Assembly (NCBI GenBank): GCA_964016885.1
Contig: OZ024741.1
Coordinates: forward strand, 335,296,001-335,360,000
Length of the DNA stretch: 64,000 nt
Source: Eledone cirrhosa
Taxonomy: Eukaryota
Direction of reading: 5' to 3'
Below the pieces are notes generated by a model. That model ran no database searches. It saw nothing but the letters and a program-made list of their open reading frames with translations, and had not been told where the DNA came from. Shown here piece after piece: positions 24,205 to 38,386 of the stretch. A program made the translations under genes and the position numbers. Numbering within the stretch: position 1 is the first letter of the stretch; each line of letters begins with the position of its first letter.

Positions 24205-24335
24205 ATCTTAGTGGTTAGAGCATTGGCCTTGCAATCGAAAGGTTGTGAGTTCAATTATCAGACCGGGTGATGTGTTGTTTCCTTGAGCAAGACACTTTAT
24301 TTCACATTGCTCCAGTTTACTCAGCTGTAGAAATG
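24205..24335 (+). mobile_element. tRNA-derived SINE family 2 (CORE-like)
   Basis: cttagtggttagagc, gagttcaatt, ccttgagcaagacactttatttcacattgctccagtttactcagctg. Confidence 0.8.
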
Positions 24336-24493
24336 AGATGATAGGGACTGGGGTCCCTATCATTCCTCTGCAAAGTGGTCGTGGAGGTGCCACAGCAAAA
24401 AAGCACCCAGCACTCACTGTAAATGAGGTTGGTGTTAGGAAGGGCATCCAACTGTAGTAATCAAGCCAGAATCAGTTCCCATCCCACCTTTGC

Positions 24494-26754
24494 ATGCAGG
24501 GAAAAGCAAAAGAGAGGGGGGAAGCAGAGGATAGAAAATTCAAGCATGTTTTGCAATGTGAGGACCAGAAACAGGAGGTGTTCAAGATTGCGAGGCAGTG
24601 TGTCAGAGAGAATTGTGATGTCATTGGAGAGAAGTGTATCCGGAATGATAAAGGTGAGCTTGCCCTCACAAGTGCTGAGAAGAAAGATGCATGGAAGAGC
24701 CATTATGATAGATTACTAAATGAGGAGAATGCATGGGAAGAGGAGACCCTACCCCAAGTAGACCCTATAGAGGGGCCAGCAGTACAAGTCAGCAGCAGCG
24801 TAGTAAGTAAGACAATCAAAGATATGAAGATGGGGAAGGCAACCGGTCCATCGGGTATAGCTGCCGAGATGCTGAAGGCATCTGGGTCTGTAGGTCACAC
24901 TATAACCACATGTATTGTTAACCAGGTAATACTAGAAGGTGTCATACCAAAAGATTGGTGCAGTAGCATCATTGTCAACTGCTACAAAGGTAAAGGTGAT
25001 GCACTAGATAGAGGAAACTATAGAGGTATAAAGCTGATGGACCAGGTCATGAAAGTAACAGAAAGAGTTATAGCACAGTTGATTAGGGACCGGGTGAAAA
25101 TAGATGAGCTGCAATTTGGGTTTGTACCAGGAAGAGGCACCACCGATGCCCTCTTCCTTGTGAGGCAGTTACAGGAAAAGTACCTAGCTAAAAGTAAGCC
25201 ACTCTACCTGGTATTCATCAATCTCGAGAAAGCCTTTGACAGAGTTCCACGTGCTGTAATCTGGTGGGCTCTTAGAAAACTAGGAGTAGATGAATGGCTT
25301 GTGAAAGCTGTACAAGCCATGTATAGGGGCGCAGTCAGCAAAGTTAGGATTAGCAATGAGTATAGCGAGGAATTTAACGTACAGGTTGGGGTCTACCAGG
25401 GCTCTGTTCTTAGCCCTCTCCTGTTCATCATAGTCCTGCAGGCAATAATGGAGGAGTTTAAGACTGGATGCCCATGGGAACTCCTGTATGCTGATGACCT
25501 TGCACTTATAGCTGAATCTATGGTAGAACTAGAGAAGAAATTCCAAACTTGGAAGCAGGGACTAGAAAGAAAGGGTCTCAAAACCAACATGACAAAGACT
25601 AAGGTCCTTGTAAGTAGACGAGAAAACAGAACCCAGATCCCCTCAGGGAAATGGCCTTGTTCAGTATGTAGGAAAGGTGTAGGTAGGAACTCCATTCTCT
25701 GTCCCAAATACAAACAATGGGTACACAAGAGATGTAGAGGGATCTCAGGAAGCTTAATTAAGAATGTAGGCTTCACATGCAGCTGCTGTGCTGGGACAGC
25801 AAGTACCAAACAGCCACAGGAAATAAGTACCACCAATCTCTGGGAGGGCTCTGTAGAAACAGGAGACAGCTTCTGCTACCTAGGTGACCGAATTAGCAGC
25901 GAAGGTCGGTGTTCAGAAAGTACAATAAATAGGGTAAGAACGGGATGGAAGAAGTTCAGGGAACTACTGCCACTGCTAGCTGCAAAAGGCTTCTCCCTCA
26001 AAATGAAAGGCAGACTGTATGATGCGTGTATCCAAACAGCAATGTTACATGGTAGTGAGACCTGGGCGCTGAAGGTGGAAGACTTACGTAGATTAGAAAG
26101 AAACGAAGCCTGTGCTCCGATGGATGTATAATAGTAATATACGCCAACGACAAAGCATAAATGAATTGAGAGAGAAAGACTGAGCATAAGAGGAATCAAA
26201 TGCTGTGTGCAGGAGAGGCGGTTGTGTTGGTATGGACATGTGATGCGTATGAAGGATGACAGCTGCATAAAAAGGTGCAGAGCACTAGAAGTCAATGGAA
26301 ACCGCGGAGTGAGGAAACCCAAGAAGACCTGGGATGAGGTGATAAAAGCCGACCTTACCCAATTACACCTCTCAAAGGCCCACACACGACCGTGACCTCT
26401 GGTGTCACGCAGTAATACAGAGTACCCGACCTCCCATGGGTACAAGCTGAAGCATATAGACAATATGCCCCCACACCCTCCCACTTCAAGGTGGTCGTGG
26501 AGGTGCCACGGCAAAAAAGCACCCAGCCCACACTGTAAAGTGGACGTGTAGGTGCCACGGAAAAAGCACCCAGCACTCACTGTAAATGAGGTTGGTGTTA
26601 GGAAGGGCATCCAGCTGTAGAAATCAAGCCAAATCAGTTCCTGTATGAGCAAGGCATGGTCAGCCGACCAGACACTGCCCACAACAGGACATCCCGTCTA
26701 ACCCATGCTAGCATGGAAAAACGGACGTAAAATGGTGATGATGATGATGATGAT
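24494..26754 (+). mobile_element. RTE LINE, 5'-truncated, with 545-aa open RT + PHD frame
   Basis: YRGIKLMDQVMKV, QFGFVPGRGTTDA, LEKAFDRVP, QGSVLSP, LYADDL (25487), PHD-like Cys/His cluster; frameshift near 26110; (gat)n tail. Preceded by an RTE 3'-UTR piece at 24366-24480. Confidence 0.95.
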
Positions 26755-26959
26755 ATGAGGGTCGACAGAATGAAAAGTTCATAGGCTGGCTATGAAAGAG
26801 TGATGCTAGAGTTGTGAAATATAGCATGCATTCATTTCAGATCTTCTTATTAATATAACTGCATTGTTACTTTTCAGGAACCTTTGAACAACAAATCTGA
26901 TTTGGTCATTCCATGAGCGTATCTTAGTCAGCCTCAGAATTTTTCAGCTGACACTCGTA
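26754..26959. mobile_element. Tc1/mariner-type MITE
   Basis: tatgagggtc..tgaaaagttcataggctg / cagcctcagaatttttcagctgacactcgta. Confidence 0.7.
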
Positions 26960-27035
26960 GTAACAAATAAACCATCCCCAGGAACCTCATAATGCCTGTT
27001 AAACCAATAGAACCGCTTTTTTGTTTCTCATTTGT

Positions 27036-27270
27036 TTAACTCTTTATTCACCATATTTGTTTATGAAATACCCTCTATTTCAATTAATGAAGAAATTTTA
27101 AGGATTTACTAAAATTATTAATATTTTCATTACTAAGATAGTAACTTAATATGTGGTTCTTATATAAAATTATGATGGAAAATTTACATATAAATAGAAC
27201 ATTTAAAATAGGTGGCTATATTTCATAGAATCAGAGCTATGTTTGGCCAGGTTTGTATCTAAAGGGTTAA
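27036..27270. mobile_element. piggyBac-type MITE
   Basis: TTAActcttta ... taaagggTTAA termini. Confidence 0.7.
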
Positions 27271-28091
27271 TTTCAGTTGTTATCATTTTAACAAAGAAAT
27301 TATGCATCTAATTGCATTAAAAAAATCCCCTACAAAAAAAAAAAAACACAGATCAAAAACCAAAAGTAAAATTATAACAATGTCTGAATTTCTATAATCT
27401 TTGAATATAAAATTAGTTTCTTAATTACAAAACATAATTGCTTGATAAAAAACACATTATTAACCCGATTATGGATTGTCAGATGTAATTCGCTTTCATT
27501 GTTCTGCTTATGTCTTTAAAATACTGGTTGGTACCTAACAGAGATGCACACAAAGAACTCACCACCACCACCAGCTGAAGATTATATGAAGACTATCATT
27601 AACTTAGACATAACAACATTTTAGCAAATTACAAGATAATTACTTCATTTGGGTGGAGGAAATGGTGGTGGGCTTTAGATGTAAAAACACAAAGATTATT
27701 TTAATAAACTATAAAAAAGAAATAGAAAAAAATATTAAAAAAAGCAAGCATGACTAGATTTTTCTGAAATCAATATGTTTGCTTGTAACTATGTCTAAAA
27801 TTATCAGTAGTTAGAGCTTACATTAGTCAAAGAGATATATTTATAAACATAGTAATGACCGGTGATGACTATCATTAGATTAAAATAGAATAAATATATT
27901 TTAATAAAACTGCCTATAGCTGCCAGGACTTCTAAGTTCAAAATACTAGCTGTATTTAGTTGTTTCATAATGCAATGTTGATCTCGCTGTCGTTTTTGAT
28001 GACAAGTGTTCCAATTGTTCAAACAATAGAACAGCCTGCTCATGAAATTAACATATAAGTGACTGAGCATTCCGTAGATGTGCCCCTTTAA

Positions 28092-28299
28092 CTGTATATA
28101 CTCGAATATAAGTCAATCCAAACATTAGCCAACCCTCTCTATTTTATATCTGAGAAATGGGCAAAAATCCAACCCCCATTTATTAGCTGAGGCAGCTAAT
28201 CAACATATTGTTTAAATGGTATATATAAGCAACCTGCCCGCCATTTTACCATCGATGTTTTGGTCACTTATTTCTTGGCTTATATTCAAGTGTATACAG
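28092..28299. mobile_element. Tc1/mariner superfamily (pogo/Tc2-like) MITE
   Basis: TIR ctgtatatactcgaatataag / cttatattcaagtgtatacag followed by TA. Confidence 0.7.
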
Positions 28300-28301
28300 T
28301 A

Positions 28302-28470
28302 GTTCTCAAGGAAATTCAGCATGACTCAGTTTGTGACAAGGTTGGCCCTTTGAATTACAGATACAGTACATTTTTGCCAGCTGTCCAGACTGGAGCAACA
28401 TGAAATAAAGTGGCTTGCTCAATGACATAACACACCACCAAGAAGGGAACTCACAACCTTACAACCATGA
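28302..28470 (-). mobile_element. SINE family 2, minus strand
   Basis: actggagcaacatgaaataaagtggcttgctcaa...gaactcacaacctt is the reverse complement of the family 2 core. Confidence 0.7.
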
Positions 28471-28533
28471 AGACTTGTAGTAGAGTTGAATCTATTATAC
28501 TGGGTTGACAAGAACTCAAAATGTTGCCTTTGG

Positions 28534-29009
28534 CCAAACACTGCTAACAATATCATATTTTAATTTACGTATGTTTCACCCTTAATATTAAAAGCTCAAT
28601 ATTAGGAATCTTCAGAATTAAATAACATGTAACTACCTTAAACACAACATTTCGTCCAAAATATATATCTTATCTGGGCAATGAAAATTTTAATATTTAT
28701 ACTGAATTTATCGTGCAAAAAAGATATATTGCTTATAACTTTGATTATAATATTCACATAATGCATGCCTATTTGAGTGCCCAAGTGAACAATTTTAGTA
28801 ATTATAAAGTGGTAAGTACTATTTCTTAGTATCATGCTGCACTTTTTTAAATGTAAACAAAATTGCCCTGGTATGATATATTTTGAGGCGAAATGTTGTG
28901 TTTAAGTTAGTTACATCTTATTTAATTCTGAACATTCCTAATATTGAGCTTTTAATATTAAAGATGAAACGTACGTAAATTAAAATATGATATAGTTAGC
29001 AGTGTTTGG
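28534..29009. repeat. Fold-back / MITE with about 135-bp terminal inverted repeats
   Basis: ccaaacactgctaac...aaaatatatatc (28534-28668) vs gatatattttg...gttagcagtgtttgg (28875-29009). Confidence 0.85.
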
Positions 29010-29324
29010 TTTTATTTTTCAAAGTATATATATATATATATATAGCTGTCATTTCCTTATAAAAATTTTAAATAAAACTGATAATATTTGAGTGAATTGA
29101 AACAAAATTTAGTGTTCAGTTATTTGATTAATAAATGCCAGAACATGGTCTAAATGGAATTTATTATAACTGAAAATATATTTCTAAGTTGGAGCCTGGC
29201 TGGCTTTCTATAACTAATTACATTATAACTAATTCCAATATCCTAATATTGCACTTAACACCTGTTTTTTTTTAAAGAATATAATGTTTTAAAAATAACA
29301 TTTAAAACATACTAAAATTTGACA

Positions 29325-29515
29325 TTTCAAGTGCAGCAATTTGGAGGGAAGGAGAAAGCCGATAAAATCAATCTTAGTGTGTTGCTGGTACTTTATTTTA
29401 TCAACTCCATAAGAATGAAAGGTAAAGCTAATGTCACCAGGATTTGAACTCAAGATAAAGGGCTGTAACTATATGCTGCAAAGCATGTTGTCCGACACTC
29501 TACCAATACTGCCAA
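29325..29515 (-). mobile_element. SINE family 1, diverged
   Basis: ctggtactttattttatcaactccataagaatgaaagg...ggatttgaactca...tccgacactctaccaatactgcc. Confidence 0.75.
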
Positions 29516-29558
29516 AAGCATTATAAAATAATAGTTCAGGTATATTTTTCAGTTATTT

Positions 29559-30010
29559 ATCATCATCATCATCACTGTTTAGCAATTATTTCCATGCTTA
29601 TATACGTTAGATGAGCTGTCACATGCTGAGGGTTTGGTTGGTTTCTACAGATGGATACCCTTCCTAATGCCAACCACTTTACAGTGTGTACTAGGAGAAT
29701 TTTATCATTACTCTGACACTACCACCTCATATGGGAGACTGGGGGATTTTTATTGTGGTATCAGTACTGCTACTGTTCCAGTAGCAGTACTTGTTGTCAT
29801 TGCTCCCGAACTACAACATTACAGAGTGGACTAGCTGCTTTTCGTCATGACTCTAGTACTACCACCTCATAGAATGGACCAGGACCTTCTTGTCATAGCA
29901 CCAGCACTACTACCATATAGTGCAAACTGTGTGCTTTTCATTGTGGCATGAGCACTACCACTTTACAGGGTGGACTGGGTGCTTATCATGACACCGGCAC
30001 TACCTTATTA
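29559..30010 (-). mobile_element. RTE 3'-UTR remnant with an expanded ~45-bp tandem unit
   Basis: (cat)n, cttcctaatgccaaccactttacagtgtgtact, then repeated actacca...gactgg units. Confidence 0.6.
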
Positions 30011-32466
30011 CAATGCTAGTGTACTCAGTGTGTTGGAATAGAGAAGCATTCATGTGAGTGGTAGGAAGCAGTGTAAAAACAATTTTAAAGAAACATATGA
30101 ATTGAAATTACAGTGAAAATATATCTAGTTTATATCAATGTTGTTTCTTAGAATTCAAAATATATTAAAAGAAGTATGGCTAATTAGTGGCAAAATGAAA
30201 TAGCTTATTAAAAAATATATGCTGCTTTGAAAATAGCTAAAAAAGATTGTTTTAATAGCCAGCACCAAAAATAAAAAAAAATAAATAAAGACTGTGTCTC
30301 ACCAAAAGAGAACACAGCAAGTCTTTCATACTGAAGTACATTTCAAACTTGCAATTATATTGTCATAGTACCTTTTATAGACGGCAATAAATTGGTGTAT
30401 TAAAATTTTAGTGCGTATCATAAATGAAATTTTAAGATCGAAGATAAAGTAAATTGTAAACTTCTGTTGCATATGAAATACCTTTGTTGACGTTTTAGTC
30501 TGAAGCTCACCATTATATACTACTATATGTAAAAATATTTAAATAATAAATTGCATATAATTTGCTTTATTCCAATGTTCGAAATAAAAACATGAATTAC
30601 ATCAATTATTTTTGGTAGGAAGGACATGAATAAAGCAAAGAATATTCATAGGATTACTACACATGGCACTTTTCTTATTTCATATTATTTTCTTTTGCGG
30701 TGGTGTGTTTCAACTAAGTTCTCTCTTTCCATCTTCCTTTCTTTTCTTTAACTCTCTTTCGTTTTATTGCAGTTCAGCTCATACCTTCATCAATAATAGC
30801 TTTCAAATAACATTTTCAAACCAAATTCTTTATGTTGGTTTCAGTAGATGTTATGTGTTTCTTCTCTGTCTTACACAGTTCTTCTTACCTCCTGGTCTTT
30901 CTTTAATGAATTCACTTTCTTATCACAAGACAGACAATATTCCATTATTGATTTTTAAAATGACCATTGGATTCCTTTTAGTGTAGTTATTTCTCCATTT
31001 TTCTTTGGTAACTGTCACTGGCAACAATATTCTAATTTGGGTCTTACGAGGGATTTGAATAGAGTAATCATGTTGTCGTAAACATTGAATCTATGATATA
31101 TCATCTGATATAGCTCCTTTGAGAATATTCTTTGAATATCTTCTTTTCATTCCATATCTTCAGAGTTAACCACTCCTAAATTCCTGGCTTACATCTTCCC
31201 GATTTCTCTTCCAAACAAAGCTACTATAATGTTCATTTCTTTTTCTTCCATATAGCCTAAAAACACTGTTTATCTCAAACTACTATGATTCTTTCTTACA
31301 CACAATTCTCCTAAATTACCATTCTCCTTCATTGTTTTGTTGAAGGTAAACTATAACAAAGTTTACGAAAGCTTTCTTAATTATCCTGGAATTGACAAGG
31401 GAAGAAAAATACATAAATAAATAGGAAAATAAATAAGCACAACTATACAACTATTCTTAAAATTTTTTGGAATATTAATCTAACAAGATTTTGTATTGAA
31501 TTCATTATTTGAACCACCCCCACCCATTCCTCTCAAACAAAAAAACCTACCCACTAAAAAAAAAAAAACATAATAAGAATCCTTCTAGGATTATTCTCTG
31601 AATAAATTCTGTTCTAACTACAATTTTAATCCTCTCATGTCAACTGAGCAAAATATGATCCATCTATTTTTTTTATTCCATCGAAGAGCAAGTGGTATTC
31701 CCCATCATTAAGCAATCTACTATTTTAAACAGATTTTCTCTCCTAAATAAGCTATCTATCAAAACTTCATCAACCACATTGACATCTTTAATCTTTTAAA
31801 TTATTAGATGCTGTTTTTGTTTATAGTTTTTTCTGGATAAATTTGATCACAATCATAAGAAGGAAATTTAGCTTCATTTATTTTCAAACCTTTTATTTTA
31901 TTTTTAGCTGTCTATTTTGGTTTACTTTAAATTATTTTTTCAGTAGTTATTTTTTTTTATTGTTTATTTTTTAGTTGTTGTCTATTATATTCATGTTGGC
32001 TATGAAGAGCTAAAAATTTGACCTGAAGAAAAATGAGTATTCCTAATTAAGTTACAGATTTGTTTCGCTCTTAAACAGGCAAAGGAAATATAGAAAGATC
32101 ATAATCATTATTGGCATCTCATGGTGTCAAGGATTTCACTCCACTGAAATTAACCATGTCCTCTAATGGGGTTGTATAAACCTGTTTTGTTTTTTGTTTT
32201 TTCACCTAATAGCACACTTAAAATAAAGACATGGGAATTGAGACACAGCTGGGTCTAAGAGTCCTTGTTTCCAGTCTGCTTCCTTCTAATGACATCTTTT
32301 TAATCTATAATCATAGCATCCATAAATTTAATATTCATCTAGTTAAAATGATGAATGGTTAGATTAATTCATTTATTCATTGGTAGACCAATAAAATGAA
32401 TAACAAAAGATTTCAAGTAAACGAAAGACTTCAACAATTCCTGCAAGGAAGAGTTATTTTAACCAT

Positions 32467-32667
32467 TTAACCCTTTAGCATTTTCACGGTAAAGGCTTTA
32501 TCTCACATAATTACCTCACATACTATCAAATCTTTGAGATTTTGATATTATTCATTTTGAGAACAATACCTTAAAATCAGTTTGAGCAGCTGGTTGCAGC
32601 CAGTTTAAACAGAAAGAGGTGAGAGAATTCTGGCCAGATACAGCTGGTTTAAATGTTAAAAGGTTAA
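32467..32667. mobile_element. piggyBac-type MITE
   Basis: TTAAccctttagcattt ... aaatgttaaaaggTTAA; inverted homologue at 46476-46697. Confidence 0.8.
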
Positions 32668-34496
32668 AATGACACTTCCATCCAATAATTATTAGAGTAA
32701 TAATAGTTATTGAAGGCACATGGCTTAGTGGTTAGAGTTTTGGGCTTGCAATCAATAGATTGTGAGTTTGATTCTCGGACTAGGTGATGTGTTGTGTCCT
32801 TTAACAATAATTTTCTTTCTAAATTTTTATCTGAAAACTTACTGAATCTTTTGGCAGAAATATGTTGTTGTTATTATTGTCGTTCTTGTCTATTAACATT
32901 GTTATGTCACTGAAGCTGGTATTATCATTCATAACATCCAGCTATATAGAAACCAAGCATATAAACAAAACAGAGCATACGAGCAAGACATAGTCCCATG
33001 ATTATTCTAGCCTCAATATGAGTTGGTCCGATTAACATGTGCAAGCATGGAAAATAGTCATTAAACAGTGATGATGATGATTGTCCCATGTTTTTGTTGT
33101 TGACTGTTAAGATTTCATAGGATTTTCTTTCTTTTCTATTTTTTTTTCTTTTAGCTTCTCTGTGACATTCTAGGTTAGATGACCTCTGACAAATAGTGAT
33201 GCCATTACACTTATTCTGCAAATAATAAGTTATATTAGTCTGCATGTAATTTTATTTTTCTGTTTTAGGGAATTTTAAAATTAATGTTTTTAGTGTATAA
33301 TTCCTTCTCCCAAACTACATTACAACATCTGAGTCATACTCCTTTTTCAGCTTAAACAGAAACATAGGGACAGTATGAAAAAAAATTACGTTTTATTCAT
33401 TGAAAATATCTTTCAGTGTTTAAGATATTCACTTGGGATTCTCCCATATTTTCATTTCATATCTTATTTTGACATACCTCAGGTTGTATATTATGAAAAT
33501 GTTAACTAACTAGACTCTGGTTTAAGCTTTTTTCCATTACAATTAAGTCTACTTATTTTTCAGTTATTAGCCCAAAGTAAATTTGCTGTTTTCTATTCAA
33601 TCCTTTATGTTGACTCACTTTAGGGTTTCAGGGATGTAGTTTTATATTTAGATTATTATTTTGCAAAACTTTATTTAAGAAACATGGTTTACACATTAGT
33701 TGCCAATAGCTATACATACATAAATATCAAACAGTTATTCTTCAGCTTTGTTTAGAAAGTTGTCAAAGAAAGATTTCACTTAGAAATTTGTCTTTGTCAT
33801 ATTTTTTTATGCCCATTTCTTTCTTCCTTTTTCTTTTTAGATATTTCCTCGTCTGTTTGTCTTCTTCTTGCTTTTTATCTCTCTCTCTCTATATATATAT
33901 ATATATCTTCTTTGTCACCATAACACTAGGATGATGATAATGGTGATAATGATAATGGTGATAATGATGGTGATGGTGATGATTTTCCAAGTTGGTTTAA
34001 GTTGTGCAACACACCAAATCTTCAATATTTTTTAGCCTTCATTCAGTCTGTTTCAAGCATTCAAGTCAGATTCCCAGGTTGAGGATACATTCTTCACTTT
34101 CACAGACTATTAGTCTCAGAGGTACTTAGAAAAATAAAGGGTCATAGGTGCTGCTCAGAGTCAGATTGATTAAGTTCTTATGAGGTCCTAAGAACATAAA
34201 TGATTAGGGTGTCTTCCTCCTCTCCCCCATGTATAAGTCTGCAAAAAAAGAAATTTTTTTAGAATGACGAATACATTTAATTTGAATATAACAGTGTCCC
34301 ACTTCCCTGAATATAATAGTGTCACACTTCCCTTGATGCTCTAAACGTGCAGTTGTTTTGCTTATTGGCTAATCCAGTATTGCTATCCAGTATGGCAGTA
34401 CTGTGCTACCTTATAGGAGTAAGTAACCAAACACTAACTACAGCAGAACCCATGGTTGAATTAAATACCTCTGATGCTCTAAACACTGAAAAAATA

Positions 34497-34665
34497 ATTG
34501 TTTCTACTTTAGGCACAAGGCCAGCAATTACCCAGTGCATCACTGGTACTTTCTTTTATTGACCCTGTAAGGATGAAAGGCAAAGTCAACCTCGGCGGGA
34601 TTTGAACTCAGATCATAAAGGGACGTAACTATGCTGGAAAGCATGGCGTCCGACCCTCTACCAAA
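34497..34665 (-). mobile_element. SINE family 1
   Basis: attgtttctactttaggcacaagg...ggatttgaactcag...ccgaccctctacc. Confidence 0.85.
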
Positions 34666-35596
34666 ATAATAATGCCTACTCAGGACCAAATTTAGACCTT
34701 TGGGTGGGGGGGATCAGTTCAGATTTGGTAGGCTCCTCATATAATACACATACATAAACATACATACATACATACTTACATACATACTCACATACACATA
34801 AAAAGGAAGAGAGAGAAGGGGACCCGTTTGGAGAAGGGAGGTCTGTAACTGCCCATATATAAAGTCTGCAAAAAAAAATAGGTTTTTCAAATGACAAATA
34901 CATTTAATTTTTCATCATAAGCATGTGTCTATTCTGCTTAATAGATAATCTACTGTCGGTGCTACTTCCCTTCTTGACTGAAAGACAAAAAAGAAGAAAT
35001 GAGTCATGCCTAGATTTACTCAAGAGACTATTATTGTTTCAAAGAAGTAACCAATAACGCTATATTGACCAATTACGATATAAAAAATAAATACATAACA
35101 CACTTGATAGAATACGATTATTGTATTATATGTTCTCTACTCTTTGTTTAACTACTTAAGTTTAGTAATCAATGACCCGATAATTAGCAGTCTATAACGA
35201 TATCTATTGTCACTTATTTGCATCATGGCACATTTACCTATTAGTAGCCATCTAGATTCTACTTCACTTTTCTTTCATCTTACCTGAGAACAGTGAGTCT
35301 GTCTGTTCAGGTATTATAATATAGATTTTCAATAATTTCAACCAGGATATATATATATATATATATATATAAATTTTGAAATTCTTATTTTAACTTGATT
35401 ATTATGTATGCACATATCCATATAAATATATATATATGTGTGAGTGTATGAATGTGTGTATTCCAGCAAGGAAAGCAGAGACTAAATGATGATATATATA
35501 TATACAAATACACACACACAGACACATATATGTATGTATATGTATGTATATACATGTGATGTGTTGTTTCCTTGAGAAAGACACTTTATTTCACAA

Positions 35597-35790
35597 TGCC
35601 AGTTGAAGGAAGACGTGGTAGAGGTAGACCACGAAAAACATGGGCGGAGGTGGTGAGAACAGACCTCAGATCATTGAAGCTCACGGTGGATATGACAAGG
35701 GACCGTGACGAGTGGAGAGATGCTGTGCTGAATAAGACCCGTCCCACCCTTGCAAGCAGGGAAAAGCGGACGTAAAATGATGATGATGAT
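35597..35790 (+). mobile_element. 3' end of a different RTE subfamily
   Basis: VEGRRGRGRPRKTWAEVVRTDL..DRDEWR; ggacgtaaaat(gat)n tail. Confidence 0.8.
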
Positions 35791-36014
35791 ATATATATAT
35801 ATATATAAGCTTAGCTAGAGATGGAAAAGTAGTTCTTAAATATTTTTAATACCTTACACATATTTTGAGAGTAATATATTTTTCTTCTGACAAAAAACAT
35901 ATAAACACTTTGAGCTAATAATTCTGAAACTGTTTGACAATTACATACTATCATATATAATTCTCCACATACATTTAAGTTATATACTTTTTACCTTTGC
36001 TATATGGCGGAGTC

Positions 36015-36272
36015 ATGACAAAAAAGCACCCAGTCCACACTGTGAAGTGGTCGAGTAGGCACCACGTTAAAAAAGCACCCAGTACTCACTGTGAATGAGG
36101 TTGGTGTTAGGAAGGGCATCCAGCTGTAGAAATCAAGCCAAAATCAGTTTCTGTATGAGCAAGACATGGTCCCCTGACCTGGCATTGCTCACAATAGGAC
36201 AACCCATCTAACCCATGCTAGCATGGAAGACTGGACGTAAACCGGTGATGATAATGATGATGATGATGATGA
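36015..36272 (+). mobile_element. RTE 3' UTR fragment
   Basis: Matches 26510-26754; (gat)n tail. Confidence 0.8.
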
Positions 36273-37872
36273 TATATATATATATATGTGTGTGTGTGTG
36301 TATACTGAATATTATGAAAATAGAGATAGATACATTTATATATATTTAGAAGAATGTTGTCAAAATATGTTTCAGATAAATCCAAGTTGGTGGAGGGTAT
36401 ATAATGCATTATTACTAGAATATTACAATACAATTGACAAACTTGAAATTTATTAGACATATATTGGTTGTCTGTCAACTATACACACACACAAACACAC
36501 ACATACACACACACATACACACACACACTCTCTCTCTCACCCTAGTGCTGGTGATTTACAAAATAAAAGCACCCGGTACATGCTATAAAGTAGTTGATAT
36601 TAAGAAGGACATCCAGCCATAGAAAGCTTGCCAAACAAGGGGTTAGGTGGTCCCTTCAATTTATATCAAAACACACATCTTCTCTGCACTTGATATGACT
36701 ATATGTAAGCAGGACACAGACATTTAGCCATGCATCATTACTGACTTAGTCTATGTAGATCTGTCCAATCCTTGCTAGCAGGGAAAGCAAATGTTAAATG
36801 ATTATGATGATGATGGTATTGATAATATGCATGCCCACATTCTAATGACAGAAACCAGTGAAAGAAAGAAATTAAATATGTGCTATGAGAAAATTCTGTC
36901 CTATCTTCATGATTTTATTCAGTGCAAGAGTACATATCTGTGGGCTTCACAATACTGACAGCCATATCCTGTCAACAAACCTGCTCATTCAATACAGCTC
37001 CTCTAAGGTTTCTTGTCAAAAGAAAGGTATTTTGATAATTTCCCAAGCTCCCTACTCACTAGAAAGGGTGCCTTCTGAATTGTTTGACATTAAGTCGACT
37101 GTGTCAGGGGAGTTGTGAGCAGTTTTGGAAGAAGAAGCATTCAATACCAGTTTTGAGTAGTGGAAAGAGCCTACTTCAAAAAGGGGTTAACAAATGAAGT
37201 CTACCAACTATGTAATTTTTTTTCACAGCCTCAGGTCAGATACTTTTTCAACAGATCTGATATACTTTAGTAAATTTCCATTTACCAAGGTAGATTTTTT
37301 TTTCCCCTTTTATTTTCATTCTTTTATATTTTATATCCTAACCATTTTGCCACAATTTCATAACATCACTATACTGAAGCCACTGGTGTAGATTTTATGT
37401 TTTCTCTGTACTACAATAAAAGGAAATTTGTAAGCAAGTTAATAGAATACTGATGTAACAGACAAAGAGACTTCTGTATCTATTCTATCATAGCTTCTCT
37501 GCCTTGTCTATGAAAAGGACACTTAATTCTCAATGGCCTACACCACTTAACTGTAAACAGTTATTACAATAGTGAGGTACCATTCACTGTTGTAGGCAAT
37601 CATTATGCTGCAAGCACCAGTGAATAATTGAAGATAGTTTCATTGACTTACTGAACTGAGTTTCAATTTGAATTCTTATTTGGATCTAGGTGAGACACTA
37701 GGAAACCTCTCCTGTGTTCCATCATGTGTTTAAACCATTGTGAAAGCAAAGCAAAGCCTTCAGTGGTGATGCAGTATATTTTAGATTGTGGCTCTGTCTG
37801 TTTAGCCCTTAGTCAGCTCACTTGAGTGAATTTGTGATCTAAAATCTTCCAGCTAAAACCAACTTATTATAG

Positions 37873-38070
37873 TATGATGATTGGCTGAAGAATTCATAGG
37901 CTGACCAATGTACTCTCAAGGACTGACCAAAAGAAGTTTATTTTTCAACATATTCTCTTGAAAGAAAAAATAGTTATTAATAAGAAGAGTTGAAATTAAT
38001 GTATGCAAGGTTTCACGGCACTAGCATCACTGTCATAGTCAGCCTTTGAACTTTTCATCTTACTCTTGTA
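37873..38070. mobile_element. Tc1/mariner-type MITE
   Basis: ggctgaagaattcataggctgac / gtcagcctttgaacttttca; inverted homologue of 26754-26959. Confidence 0.7.
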
Positions 38071-38386
38071 TATCTAGAACAAAACTGCATTATCTAATGT
38101 ATCATTCTTCTTTTCAAATAGTATGATGTGGTTTGTAGAAGATTTGGCTGTTATTTCTAATGCTTCAAGCAACTATACAGAAGTTCTCTTGTTTCTTCTT
38201 TTAAGATAGGGTATATACATGGCAGCAAATTGGTTAACATTAGAAAGTGCCTTCACCTATAGAAACTATGCCAAAATGAAGCATTGAACAAGATGTCGTC
38301 TTCTTACCTACCTCGTGTGTTCCAGAACAACCAATCCGTTGCAGTATGGAAAACAGACTTAAAATGATGAGGGTATATATATATAT

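Noticed and set aside
34920-35320. Possible promoter or first exon (two CCAAT, TATA-like, ca|gtgagt)
   Set aside because: Such short motifs are expected by chance in AT-rich DNA; no independent support
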